DNA of 63,195 nucleotides from contig JAVVGL010000011.1 in the NCBI GenBank assembly GCA_032249135.1, positions 1 to 63,195 of the forward strand. The letters are read 5' to 3'. Shown piece after piece: positions 1 to 8,905 of this stretch (the stretch's first letter is position 1; every line of letters starts with the position of its first letter). The translations under genes were made by a program, and so were the position numbers. The notes under the pieces were generated by a model, which made no database searches, was not told the DNA's origin, and was given only the letters and a program-made list of their open reading frames with translations. Origin of the DNA: Candidatus Calescibacterium sp. (GTDB lineage: Bacteria > Calescibacteriota > Calescibacteriia > Calescibacteriales > Calescibacteriaceae).

Positions 1-4
1 ATGC

Positions 5-50
5 TGCATCAAGATGCGCTCGCACACTCGCACACACGCATCAAGATGCA
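5..50. repeat. Pair of GCATC-AA-GATGC palindromes (6-17 and 38-49) around a CTCGCACA tandem
   Basis: GCATCAAGATGC occurs twice, 32 bp apart. Segments 5-18 and 37-50 are also reverse complements at 12/14 positions. The intervening sequence is ctcgcaca-ctcgcaca-ca. Confidence 0.8.
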
Positions 51-162
51 AATTATATCTCATACATCCCTCATCAGACAAGCTCTCCCAAAATATAACT
101 TTCAGATTTACCTAAATTTTGCATTTTTGAACGAAATTAAAACATATTCTTAAAATATAAAT

Positions 163-369
163 ATGCGGAGCCCAAGAAAAATAAGGCAAAGAAAAAAGCA
201 AAATAAAACACAGAAAAAAATCAGAACAAGTATAAGTATAAGCCAAGAAATCTGGGAAGAACTCAAAATAAAAAGCATAAAACAAAGAAAAACCATAGGC
301 GAAATAATTGAAGAAATAATCAGAAAACAAAAAAGAAAACCAAAAAAAGAAGATATAGTAGTGATATAA
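163..369 (+). CDS. Ribbon-helix-helix (CopG/Arc/MetJ-like) DNA-binding protein
   Basis: 68 aa. Alternating strand RTSISIS, helix QEIWEELKIKSIKQ, turn RKT, helix IGEIIEEIIRK, with basic tails. Confidence 0.65.
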   Translation: MRSPRKIRQRKKQNKTQKKIRTSISISQEIWEELKIKSIKQRKTIGEIIEEIIRKQKRKPKKEDIVVI

Positions 370-400
370 AGAGCAGAAATAAAGAAATAAAAGAGCAAAT

Positions 401-664
401 CTAAATCAAAGATGTAGCGAGGTCTTTTCCCTCTCCCAAAATTATTTTGGTACACAACTTTTTGCTCTCAAAAACATAAAAATAAACAGAATCATAACTT
501 TCATCTATGACGCTTTTTAGCTCATACTTGCACTTTTCAAAATTACTTTCCGTTATCTCACCTTCAAATACAGAATTCTGTACCCAATTGAAATACTTGA
601 TCAAAACTTTCCTTACTTTATTTACCCTCTCTTCTGCTATATCGTATGTTACAATAACATACAT
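401..664 (-). CDS. cas2: CRISPR-associated endoribonuclease Cas2
   Basis: 87 aa; YVIVTYDI, WVQNSVFEG and DSVYFY motifs; AGGAGG RBS; directly follows cas1. Confidence 0.95.
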   Translation of the reverse strand: MYVIVTYDIAEERVNKVRKVLIKYFNWVQNSVFEGEITESNFEKCKYELKSVIDESYDSVYFYVFESKKLCTKIILGEGKDLATSLI

Positions 665-686
665 ACCAAAAACACCTCCTTTATAT

Positions 687-1658
687 TTACCACCAACTTT
701 TCAGTGGAGAATAAATTTCATCACCAATAATATGTTTTAGCAATTTGTAAAGTTCAAGCCTTATTAAACCTCTGAAAGAAACCTTCCTTTTGAGCTTCGC
801 ATGAAACACAGTTTGAGACAACCTATTATCAATTTCAGATACAAACTTTTTCCTCCCACTCTCAGATAGATAACAGTAATTCAAGTTCTGATCAAAATCA
901 CCCTCATCAATTTGCCCCTTACTAAGAAGATGAAAAATAACCCTATCAACTATTATAGGTTTGAATATCTCAGAAATATCAAGAGAAAGAGAAAACCTCT
1001 TGTGAGATGGCTCATGAAGATAACTTATAGTAGGATTAAGAGGTGTTTTGTAAATTTCTGTCAAAATAACCGAGTATAAGATGGAGTTACCAAATGAAAT
1101 CATAGCGTTAGCAGGATTCATAGGAGGCTGTCTTGTTCTTCTTACAAATTCCAAATCAAAAACCTTCTCAAAAATCTTATAATAAATTTCTCTTGCCCTA
1201 CCCTCATAGCTCATCAATTCCTCTATTTTACCACAGCCGTAAATTTTACTTTGAATCTTTTCAACTTCATTTGCTAATTCTTTTGATTCATCATACTGAG
1301 AAAGATTACGAGAAATTTGCCACAAAGCTCCATCAACGAAACTTTTCGCAAGGAAAATTCTTTTTTCATAATCTATATAATGTTCAACTTGTTTTACAAG
1401 AACAAAACCTGAAACCCTTGTCTCACGAGGCATATATGACCCTGCGTAAAAACCGTAGTAATTATAAACATGAACGGGAATACCATGCTGAGATAAAAAA
1501 TTCAAAAGCTTAGTATTTAGATCTACCTCTCCAAATAAATGAATTTCCTCTATATCTTCCACAGGAATATACCTTTTACCATCGCTGGTTTCAAATAAAA
1601 TCGTATTCTCTTTTCTTCTTATCCTACCTGATGAGAATATCCAATAGGGTCTTGGCAT
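687..1658 (-). CDS. cas1: CRISPR-associated endonuclease Cas1, type I-B-like
   Basis: YNYYGFYAGSYMPRE, EGRAREIYY, NAMISFGNSILY, ISYLHEP and LSLDISEIFKP motifs. ATG at 1658 is preferred over the TTG at 1670. Confidence 0.95.
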   Translation of the reverse strand: MPRPYWIFSSGRIRRKENTILFETSDGKRYIPVEDIEEIHLFGEVDLNTKLLNFLSQHGIPVHVYNYYGFYAGSYMPRETRVSGFVLVKQVEHYIDYEKRIFLAKSFVDGALWQISRNLSQYDESKELANEVEKIQSKIYGCGKIEELMSYEGRAREIYYKIFEKVFDLEFVRRTRQPPMNPANAMISFGNSILYSVILTEIYKTPLNPTISYLHEPSHKRFSLSLDISEIFKPIIVDRVIFHLLSKGQIDEGDFDQNLNYCYLSESGRKKFVSEIDNRLSQTVFHAKLKRKVSFRGLIRLELYKLLKHIIGDEIYSPLKSWW

Positions 1659-1683
1659 AACCAAAATCAAATTTCTTTATAAA

Positions 1684-2256
1684 TCAAACCCAGCAGAAGT
1701 TATAATAAGCGCAAGACTTACAATATGGCTTCTTCAAAGGAGGAGGAGGTTTTTCCATCTTCTCTACCCTTACCACATCTTTTAGGACTTTTTCTACTTC
1801 TCTCATATCCTCATCTTTAAGTTCTATCTCAAATAACTTTCTCATTTTAGGATAGTTTAAAATACCTTTCTTTCTTACTCCAAACTTTTTTATAAGGTAA
1901 TAAATGTAATACTTGATCTGAATTTCATCTGCATAAGACATCTTATCTGAAAGCTTCACTTCCCTTATTATCTCTCCAACTATGTCTATTTTTATGGTAT
2001 TATCTATGAGAGCCTCTCGGGTTCCACCTTCATCAGAGTATGCAATAGTGTGGAGGAACTTTCCTAAAAGAACTCTCTCTGAATCACTCTCCATTGCTAT
2101 TCCCTTTGAGAAAAACCAAAGCTTTCTTTCGCATATCAAAGCATAATTTACCTTTATACCTTGAATTTTCAGCTCAGAAATATCTATACTTTGAAACTCA
2201 TCTTCTGAGACCTGAAATGCATCAGATAAAGCTGAAATCTCTACTTTTTCCTCCAC
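1684..2256 (-). CDS. cas4: CRISPR-associated exonuclease Cas4
   Basis: Fe-S cysteines (CERKLW ... CKSCAYYNFC), RecB-like KIDIV..EVK and Q..YY motifs; adjacent to cas1. Confidence 0.93.
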   Translation of the reverse strand: MEEKVEISALSDAFQVSEDEFQSIDISELKIQGIKVNYALICERKLWFFSKGIAMESDSERVLLGKFLHTIAYSDEGGTREALIDNTIKIDIVGEIIREVKLSDKMSYADEIQIKYYIYYLIKKFGVRKKGILNYPKMRKLFEIELKDEDMREVEKVLKDVVRVEKMEKPPPPLKKPYCKSCAYYNFCWV

Positions 2257-2387
2257 AAATTTTATTTTATGAACTGATTAGCTGAATTTTCATTGAAATT
2301 GAATTGAAATTGAAAATGAACTATTCTTGATAAAATTGAATTTTCCAGAAATCCATCATTCTCAGAAATTCAAATTTTCCTATATTC

Positions 2388-3122
2388 TTACTTTCTTCTT
2401 ACAACATCAATCAAACCGAAACCTTGTCCTGTTCTTACTCCGAGCCCAAAATCATAGAGAAACTGCAAAATCTCCGGCTCACCAACTATATAAAATTTTC
2501 CTTTGAAACCTTTTACTTTACCTCCAACACCATCAACTATTATCTCTTTTATTTCGTAAGGCTCCAAATAAAGCTCTGATTCAGGGAATTTCGCCCCTTT
2601 TATATTTTCGTATCTTTGTTTTGTTCTTTCGTAAAATGCACGGTTGAATCTTTCCAAATCATTTGGAGTCACATACCACAAATCAAAATTACTTGCAGGC
2701 TGGATAGGATCTGTCATAACACAAACTCCGACTGTCTCAAAAAGAACTTTCCTTTCTTTTATCTTCTCTGGATGGAAAAACTTTGTTTGAACGAGAAAAA
2801 AACTTATGTTTTGTATCCTTATGTAATCTTCTCTTATCTGTTTGAGCTTTAAAATTCCGTTCCAAAAATTTATCAAAGCTTCTTTGTCACCGGAAGAAAA
2901 TATCAAAGAAATACGAGGTCCAATTTTCCCATATTTCGCAAAGTCTTTGCCAAAAAACGGAGAAAATACATAAGGCTTCCAAGACTTTTTATCAAACAAA
3001 ACTTTGTAATAATCAAGGTTACTATGCTCAAAAGTTTTCTTCAAAAAAGAAACGAAACGCTCCCTTGTTTTTCCGTTATCGTAGCAACTTTCTCTACCTT
3101 CAAAATAAAGTTTGAACCTCAT
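2388..3122 (-). CDS. cas6: CRISPR pre-crRNA endoribonuclease Cas6
   Basis: C-terminal G-rich loop GLGVRTGQGFG and KPYVFS motif; heads the cas block. Confidence 0.9.
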   Translation of the reverse strand: MRFKLYFEGRESCYDNGKTRERFVSFLKKTFEHSNLDYYKVLFDKKSWKPYVFSPFFGKDFAKYGKIGPRISLIFSSGDKEALINFWNGILKLKQIREDYIRIQNISFFLVQTKFFHPEKIKERKVLFETVGVCVMTDPIQPASNFDLWYVTPNDLERFNRAFYERTKQRYENIKGAKFPESELYLEPYEIKEIIVDGVGGKVKGFKGKFYIVGEPEILQFLYDFGLGVRTGQGFGLIDVVRRK

Positions 3123-3217
3123 AAGTTAAGCATTATCTACTTATTAAATTAAACAAGATTATTCAAGAGTAAAAAAATTTATTTTCGGTGAAAATTAAAA
3201 TTTAAAAATGTGCAAAA

Positions 3218-5566
3218 ATGGTGATGGATACGACTTTCTATATCGTGGCTTTACCTAAAAGAAAATTTTGCTATATAAAAACTGACAATCAAGAAGAACG
3301 AGAAAACAAAATAGGATATAGAGCAATTGTAGAACTTGAAAATGATAAATCTGTCGGAATAATAATAGGTAAAACGAAAAGAACAAAGGAATGGGAAATT
3401 GCCCAAAAATATGAAATACCAGATGAAATACCACTCCTACCACAAAACATGGTAGAGCTCTCAAAAAAAATAGCAGAAAAGTATTTTTGTGATATATTTG
3501 ATGTACTAAAAATCATGTGTCCCCCAAGATACTTTGAACTTGAAGTAAAACTTAAAAATAAAAGAGAAAAAGCAACTGATAAAAATAAAAAGAAAAATGG
3601 AAAGAAAAATAAAGAGGAATATAGCAAAGAAGGGGATTCAGAGGAATTTGAAGAAAACGGAAAAGAAGATGAAGAATGGGATACAAAAAATAAAACTCTG
3701 AAAAAATCCGAGAAAAAATTTTTAGAGCTACTCAAAGAAAAGAAGAAGATAACATTAAGTCGTGCCAAAAAGATTTTGAAAATAAAAAGAATATTAGAGC
3801 TTGAAAATTTGGGGTTAATCAAAATAACTATCTCAAAAAAACAAAAATCAAAAGAAGAGGTAGAAAAAGCGCTTAAAAAAATAAAAGAAAAAAAAGAAGA
3901 AGACAAAATCTACAATCAACAAAAGGAGAGAGTGAAACTTTCAGAGGAACAACAAAAAGCATTAGAAGAAATCTTAAACAACGAAGGAAAATTTTTAATT
4001 TACGGAGTCACGGGGAGTGGGAAAACGGAAATATATTTGAGAGCAATTGAAAAAGAAATCCAGCATGGAGGAGCTATATATCTTTTACCAGAAATATCTT
4101 TGACAACTTTTCTCATAAAAAGAATAAAAGAATATTTTCCAGAAGCTGTCGTTTTACACTCTGCGTTAACTCAAAAAGAAAGAGAGATAAATTGGTGGGC
4201 TATAAGATACGGAATAACCAAAGTAGTAGTAGGTGCAAGGTCTGCAATATTTGCTCCGTTTGAAAAAACAAAAATAATAGTCGTGGACGAGGAACATGAT
4301 CCATCATACAAACAATCACCAGAAAGCTCAAATCTTCCTGTTTTTTATGACGCAAGATTTGTGGCAGAAATGAGAAGTAAAATAGAGGGAGCAAAAATAA
4401 TATTTGGCTCGGCTACTCCATCAATAAACACATATATGAGAGCAAAAAAAGGAGAAATTAAACTTATAAAGCTTACAAAAAGAGTTCCGGGAATGGAATT
4501 TCCAAAAACGCAAATCATAGATCTGAAAAAATCAGGATATGATGAATTCTTCTCATTCCCAATCTCACCTCAACTCAGAGAAGAAATAGAAAAGAGAATT
4601 ATGAGAAAAGAGAATGTTATTTTACTTTTCACAAGAAGAGGTTGGGCTCTATATGTTATATGTACAACATGCTCCGCAAGATTTACTTGTAAAAGTTGCT
4701 CATCATCTTTGGTTTATCACAAGAATGAAGGGATGGTTTGTCACTGGTGCGGGAAAATTTATCCTGTGCCAGAAAGATGTGAAAGATGTGGATCAGAAGA
4801 ACTTGAAATCGTAGGCTTTGGAACAGAAAGAATAGAAGAAGAAATTAAAAATGTTTTCAAAGTCCCAGTATTCAGGATGGACTCTGATAATGTCAAGAGC
4901 GAGAAAAAAGCTATGGAGATACTACAAAAGTTTGAAAAAACCTCACCTGCAATATTAGTTGGGACTCAAATGGTTGCAAAAGGATTTGATTTCCCTTCTG
5001 TAACACTGGTTGGAGTAATATTGGCAGATACAGAATTTATGCTACCTGATTTCAAGGCAGATGAGAGGGCTTTCGCAATACTAAACCAAGTTTGTGGAAG
5101 AGCAGGAAGAAAAATTAAATCTGAAAATCAAAATTCTGACGATCAAAATTCAGGAAGCGAAAACATAAGCATAATTCAAACTTTCATACCAGAGCATAAC
5201 ATAATAAAATATGCAGTATCGCAAAATTATGAGAAATTTTTTGAAGAAGAAATTCAAAAAAGAGAGGAGTTTGAATTACCACCCTTTTCTGAAATAGCAT
5301 GCATAAGATTTTCGGGAAAGGATGAAAGGAAATGCTATGAAATTGCGGAAATGTTTTTTTCAAAAATAAAAGAGAAAGGTTTGAAATCTGATCCTCCAAC
5401 AAAATCAATAAGGTATCTTGTTTCAGGAAAATACAACTTAAAAATGCTCGTTTATCTCAAAACCGAAGATGAAATAAAAAAATTGAAAGAAGTAATAAAA
5501 AAGTCACATTTTTTCCTTCACGGAGTAAAAATAATTCTTGATATGAATCCAGAAAATGTGCTCTAA
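3218..5566 (+). CDS. priA: Primosomal helicase PriA
   Basis: GVTGSGKTEIY, LPEISLT, DEEHD, four CxxC pairs, GTQMVAKG, QVCGRAGR. Confidence 0.95.
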   Translation: MVMDTTFYIVALPKRKFCYIKTDNQEERENKIGYRAIVELENDKSVGIIIGKTKRTKEWEIAQKYEIPDEIPLLPQNMVELSKKIAEKYFCDIFDVLKIMCPPRYFELEVKLKNKREKATDKNKKKNGKKNKEEYSKEGDSEEFEENGKEDEEWDTKNKTLKKSEKKFLELLKEKKKITLSRAKKILKIKRILELENLGLIKITISKKQKSKEEVEKALKKIKEKKEEDKIYNQQKERVKLSEEQQKALEEILNNEGKFLIYGVTGSGKTEIYLRAIEKEIQHGGAIYLLPEISLTTFLIKRIKEYFPEAVVLHSALTQKEREINWWAIRYGITKVVVGARSAIFAPFEKTKIIVVDEEHDPSYKQSPESSNLPVFYDARFVAEMRSKIEGAKIIFGSATPSINTYMRAKKGEIKLIKLTKRVPGMEFPKTQIIDLKKSGYDEFFSFPISPQLREEIEKRIMRKENVILLFTRRGWALYVICTTCSARFTCKSCSSSLVYHKNEGMVCHWCGKIYPVPERCERCGSEELEIVGFGTERIEEEIKNVFKVPVFRMDSDNVKSEKKAMEILQKFEKTSPAILVGTQMVAKGFDFPSVTLVGVILADTEFMLPDFKADERAFAILNQVCGRAGRKIKSENQNSDDQNSGSENISIIQTFIPEHNIIKYAVSQNYEKFFEEEIQKREEFELPPFSEIACIRFSGKDERKCYEIAEMFFSKIKEKGLKSDPPTKSIRYLVSGKYNLKMLVYLKTEDEIKKLKEVIKKSHFFLHGVKIILDMNPENVL

Positions 5567-6757
5567 CTAAAACAATGGATCAAGGAATTTGGGTTCCATA
5601 ACTTGCTCATATTTGCCGTCTTTGCTTACACGCCACAAACCAATAACATTTATACCGTGTCTTCTTTTCTTCCCAAAAGTTATCGGGAAACTTACGGGAG
5701 ATTCCCACTTTTCCATATTTTCAAGGACTTCAATTATTTTCTCCCGCGTTGGCTCGGGTCCGGCTCTTCTTAAAGCTTCCTCAACAAGAGCCCCAACAAA
5801 AATACCATACAAAGTAAGAAATGGAGTTTTTGCAAGTTCTGGATTTAATTTAACAATTTCATCAAAAATCTGTTTTGATTCAGGATATAGTTGAGGTAAT
5901 TTTATAACTCCTCCAACATATGCTCCATCCCACGCTTCCCCTGCAAGATGAACCATAACAGGATCTGCAAGGGGGAAAGAAGCAAGTATTTTGGGTTTGA
6001 CTCCGAGTTCTGAAAGTTTTTTTACAAAAGCAGCCGCCTGTCTCGGGTTAGAATAAATAATAACCGTATCTGCTTCCGCATCTTTTATTTTTTGCGCATG
6101 AACAGAAAAATCAACATCTGCAAGCTCATGAGGAACTTTGATCACTAATTTTTCTTGGGCTACGGATTCAACACCTTTTAAACCTGTCTCACCATAATCG
6201 TCATTTTGGTAAAAAATAGCTATTTTCTGACTTCCAAGTTTCTCTATTGCAAACTTTGCTAGTTCCTTTCCTTCCTCAAGGTAGTCTGTATATGCCACAA
6301 AAAAATATTTTAGTTTTTCCCAAGGATACCCAACCCACATTCTAACATTTCCTAAGGGAGCGATTGTTGGAACTTTCTTTTCTGCTATCAAATCCCGGTT
6401 TGCTGACACATTAGCTGTTCCGAGAGGAGCGGCAAAGAGTAAAACTTTGCTGTGAAGTTCCTCTATGTTTGCTCTCATACGAGCTGGAAGATATGCATCA
6501 TCTCTTGCGAGCAAGACTATTTTTCTCCCGTGTACTCCACCTTTTTTCTCATTTACATATTGGAAGTATGTTTCCATAGCTTTTGCAACTATACCCCAAG
6601 CAGCAGCGGGACCAGAAAAAGGCTGACTTGTGCCAACATAAACTTTGTCTTTCTCAACTCCGGGAACTTTTTTCTTCTGCGCTTCTGAGATGCCTACAAA
6701 AGCCAAAACAAAAACCGCCAAAACTCCAAAAAATAACCTTGATTTTTTTTCTTTCAT
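5567..6757 (-). CDS. Branched-chain amino acid-type ABC transporter substrate-binding protein (LivK/J family)
   Basis: Signal peptide; PFSGPAA, GGVHGRKI, DDAY.P and YQNDDYG motifs; GGAGGT RBS before the ATG at 6757. Confidence 0.85.
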   Translation of the reverse strand: MKEKKSRLFFGVLAVFVLAFVGISEAQKKKVPGVEKDKVYVGTSQPFSGPAAAWGIVAKAMETYFQYVNEKKGGVHGRKIVLLARDDAYLPARMRANIEELHSKVLLFAAPLGTANVSANRDLIAEKKVPTIAPLGNVRMWVGYPWEKLKYFFVAYTDYLEEGKELAKFAIEKLGSQKIAIFYQNDDYGETGLKGVESVAQEKLVIKVPHELADVDFSVHAQKIKDAEADTVIIYSNPRQAAAFVKKLSELGVKPKILASFPLADPVMVHLAGEAWDGAYVGGVIKLPQLYPESKQIFDEIVKLNPELAKTPFLTLYGIFVGALVEEALRRAGPEPTREKIIEVLENMEKWESPVSFPITFGKKRRHGINVIGLWRVSKDGKYEQVMEPKFLDPLF

Positions 6758-6875
6758 CTCCCATTCACCTCCTTCAAATAATTTTTCTGCAAAACACAAA
6801 AAAAATTATAATCATATAACAAAAATTTTTCAAACAAAAAAACAAAAAAGGAGGTAAATAGCTACGAAGAAAAAA

Positions 6876-7340
6876 TTGTTTAAAGCATTATTTTTTGGCT
6901 TTGTTATTCTTTCGGCAATTATAGTAAATACGAAAGAAGGAGAATGTCAAAGCAGAAAGTTCGGTTTAGGAATAATATTAGGAGATCCGACAGGACTGAA
7001 CGGAAAATACTGGCTAAGTAAAACAGATGGAATAGAACTTTCTTTAGCTTGGAGCTTAGTAAAAGATAGATTAAAGATTTTGGGAGCTTATGAAAGATCA
7101 TTCGGAATAGGAGCAAAGATAGATTTCCTTGAAGAACTTTCATTTTTCCCAGGAATAGGAGGAGCAATATCAGTAGGGAAAGATTTTGGTCTTGGTGTTA
7201 TTATTCCATTAGGTATAGAGGCGTTTTTCAAAAAGGTACCAATAAATTTATTTTTGGAATTAGCTCCGGGTCTTGAAATAATTCCAGAGACTTCATTTGC
7301 ACTTTATGGATTTTTAGGTGTAAGATGGATTTTCAAGTAA
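6876..7340 (+). CDS. Small outer-membrane beta-barrel protein (DUF3996-like)
   Basis: Signal peptide, FGLGIILGDPTGLNGKYW, amphipathic strands, C-terminal GVRWIF. The true start may be 6858 or 6864. Confidence 0.7.
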   Translation: MFKALFFGFVILSAIIVNTKEGECQSRKFGLGIILGDPTGLNGKYWLSKTDGIELSLAWSLVKDRLKILGAYERSFGIGAKIDFLEELSFFPGIGGAISVGKDFGLGVIIPLGIEAFFKKVPINLFLELAPGLEIIPETSFALYGFLGVRWIFK

Positions 7341-7372
7341 GGTAGCAAAATAAATATTTCAAAGTTTCAAGT

Positions 7373-8164
7373 TCAAGCTTTCAGGTATTGCTTTTTTAGG
7401 TTTTCTATAAAATCTGTTTTACCTTCAATTCCAAATTCCAAAAAAGCTGAGAATGTCCATGGCATCATCTGGTAGAAGAAGAAAGCAATCCTTTCCGCAT
7501 ACTGTCTTATTTCCCACTGAGCATCCTCTTGCAACCTCAGATTTAAAAAATTCATAAGAGACCTTGGATTAACGGACCAGTAAAATTGAGTATAAAGTGC
7601 GAGAGGTAAAACAGCCCGAGCCATTTCTCTTGCTACCCCGCTCTGGATTAATCTTTTATAAGCTTCATAACTTCTCTTTATAGATTCCTCATATATCCTT
7701 ATTAGTTCTTCTTCATTTTCAATATATGCTTCAACGCTTGCTTGTTTGTTTTCAGGATGTGGAACTCTTAACTTTTTCGGTATGTAAAACTCCTCCTGAT
7801 ATTCAACATATCTTCCAGAGATTTCGTTAAAAGAACCTATCCTGTGTCTGAACCATTGACGAGCAACAAATATGGGGGCTTTAACATGAAAAATGAACAA
7901 AGAGTGTTCAAAAGGTGTTCCGTGATGATGTTTCATCATATATTTTATAAGACGCCTATCCTGTTCGTCTCCTTTCAGTTCTTTCCCATATGATATTCTT
8001 GCTGCTCTTACTACCATAGTATCTCCTCCTCCAAACTCAATCAAAGCTACGAATCCTTTATCAAGTGTGTTTATTGACTTACATCTTCCACAATAATCCC
8101 ATTTTCTTGCTCCGAATTCAATTTCCATTGTAAAACCTTTTCCACATCTTGAACATCTTGCCAT
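7373..8164 (-). CDS. thyX: FAD-dependent thymidylate synthase with N-terminal CxxC..CxxC extension
   Basis: ThyX motif RHRIGSFNEISGRY, HGTPFEH, REMARAVLP, AQWEIR. Confidence 0.95.
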   Translation of the reverse strand: MARCSRCGKGFTMEIEFGARKWDYCGRCKSINTLDKGFVALIEFGGGDTMVVRAARISYGKELKGDEQDRRLIKYMMKHHHGTPFEHSLFIFHVKAPIFVARQWFRHRIGSFNEISGRYVEYQEEFYIPKKLRVPHPENKQASVEAYIENEEELIRIYEESIKRSYEAYKRLIQSGVAREMARAVLPLALYTQFYWSVNPRSLMNFLNLRLQEDAQWEIRQYAERIAFFFYQMMPWTFSAFLEFGIEGKTDFIENLKKQYLKA

Positions 8165-8299
8165 ATTTCAAAATTATTTTGCAGAATAGAAATTGGATTT
8201 ACGACTGAAAAATTTTTTCGGTTTTATGCATCGGTATTTCAATAGAAAACTTTCAGTGATATTAACCACAAAGAACAAGCTCGCTAAAATTAAAATGAA

Positions 8300-8692
8300 A
8301 TGAAAAACAAAAAACTTGCAGTAGCGATAATATTAGCATCAGTCATATCAGCATATCTTATATTCACAGGTATGAAGGAGAGTATATCTTTTTATATCAC
8401 TCCATCTGAGTTTTTCAAAGATAAACAAAAGTACGAAAACCGAAAACTCAGAATCGGTGGGTTTGTATCGGAACTTTGGTCAAAAGACCTTGATTATTTC
8501 TTCATCCTGCAAGATGGAGAATTCTCAATACCTGTAACATTCAGAGGAGTTCCACCGGATCTTTTTGCAAAGGCAAAAGGAGCAATAGTAGAAGGTTTTT
8601 GGGATAAATCTAAAAATATTTTCATCGCAGAAAAAATAATGGCAAAACATAGCGAAGATTATCATCCGCCTGAAACAAAAATCAAAAAATAG
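8300..8692 (+). CDS. ccmE: Cytochrome c maturation heme chaperone CcmE
   Basis: N-terminal TM helix, LRIGGFV, GVPPDLF, heme-binding AKHSEDY. Confidence 0.9.
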   Translation: MKNKKLAVAIILASVISAYLIFTGMKESISFYITPSEFFKDKQKYENRKLRIGGFVSELWSKDLDYFFILQDGEFSIPVTFRGVPPDLFAKAKGAIVEGFWDKSKNIFIAEKIMAKHSEDYHPPETKIKK

Positions 8693-8905
8693 CAAAACAC
8701 AAACTAAGAAAGCAGATAAGAATAAAAAACGGAGAAATGTTCAATTTTTCACACTTTTGAAAAAAATGATTATATTATTATTTATAAATTAAGAACTTCA
8801 ACGGGGGCGGAATTAAGAAACTAATTTCTCTCACGGGGTATTTGATGTCATAAAAAGTATATTGAATAATAAATAAACAAAGAAAGGTAGAAAGGAGAAA
8901 AAAAT

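Noticed and set aside
1..3200. CRISPR array near the cas genes
   Set aside because: No run of about 25-40-bp repeats separated by unique spacers is visible. The 12-bp palindrome pair is too short and has only two copies.
3255..3906. Antisense or overlapping ORFs in the track (for example 3289..3906, 150..455, 55472..56029)
   Set aside because: These are Phe/Ser/Leu-rich shadows of Lys/Glu-rich genes on the opposite strand, with no independent motifs.
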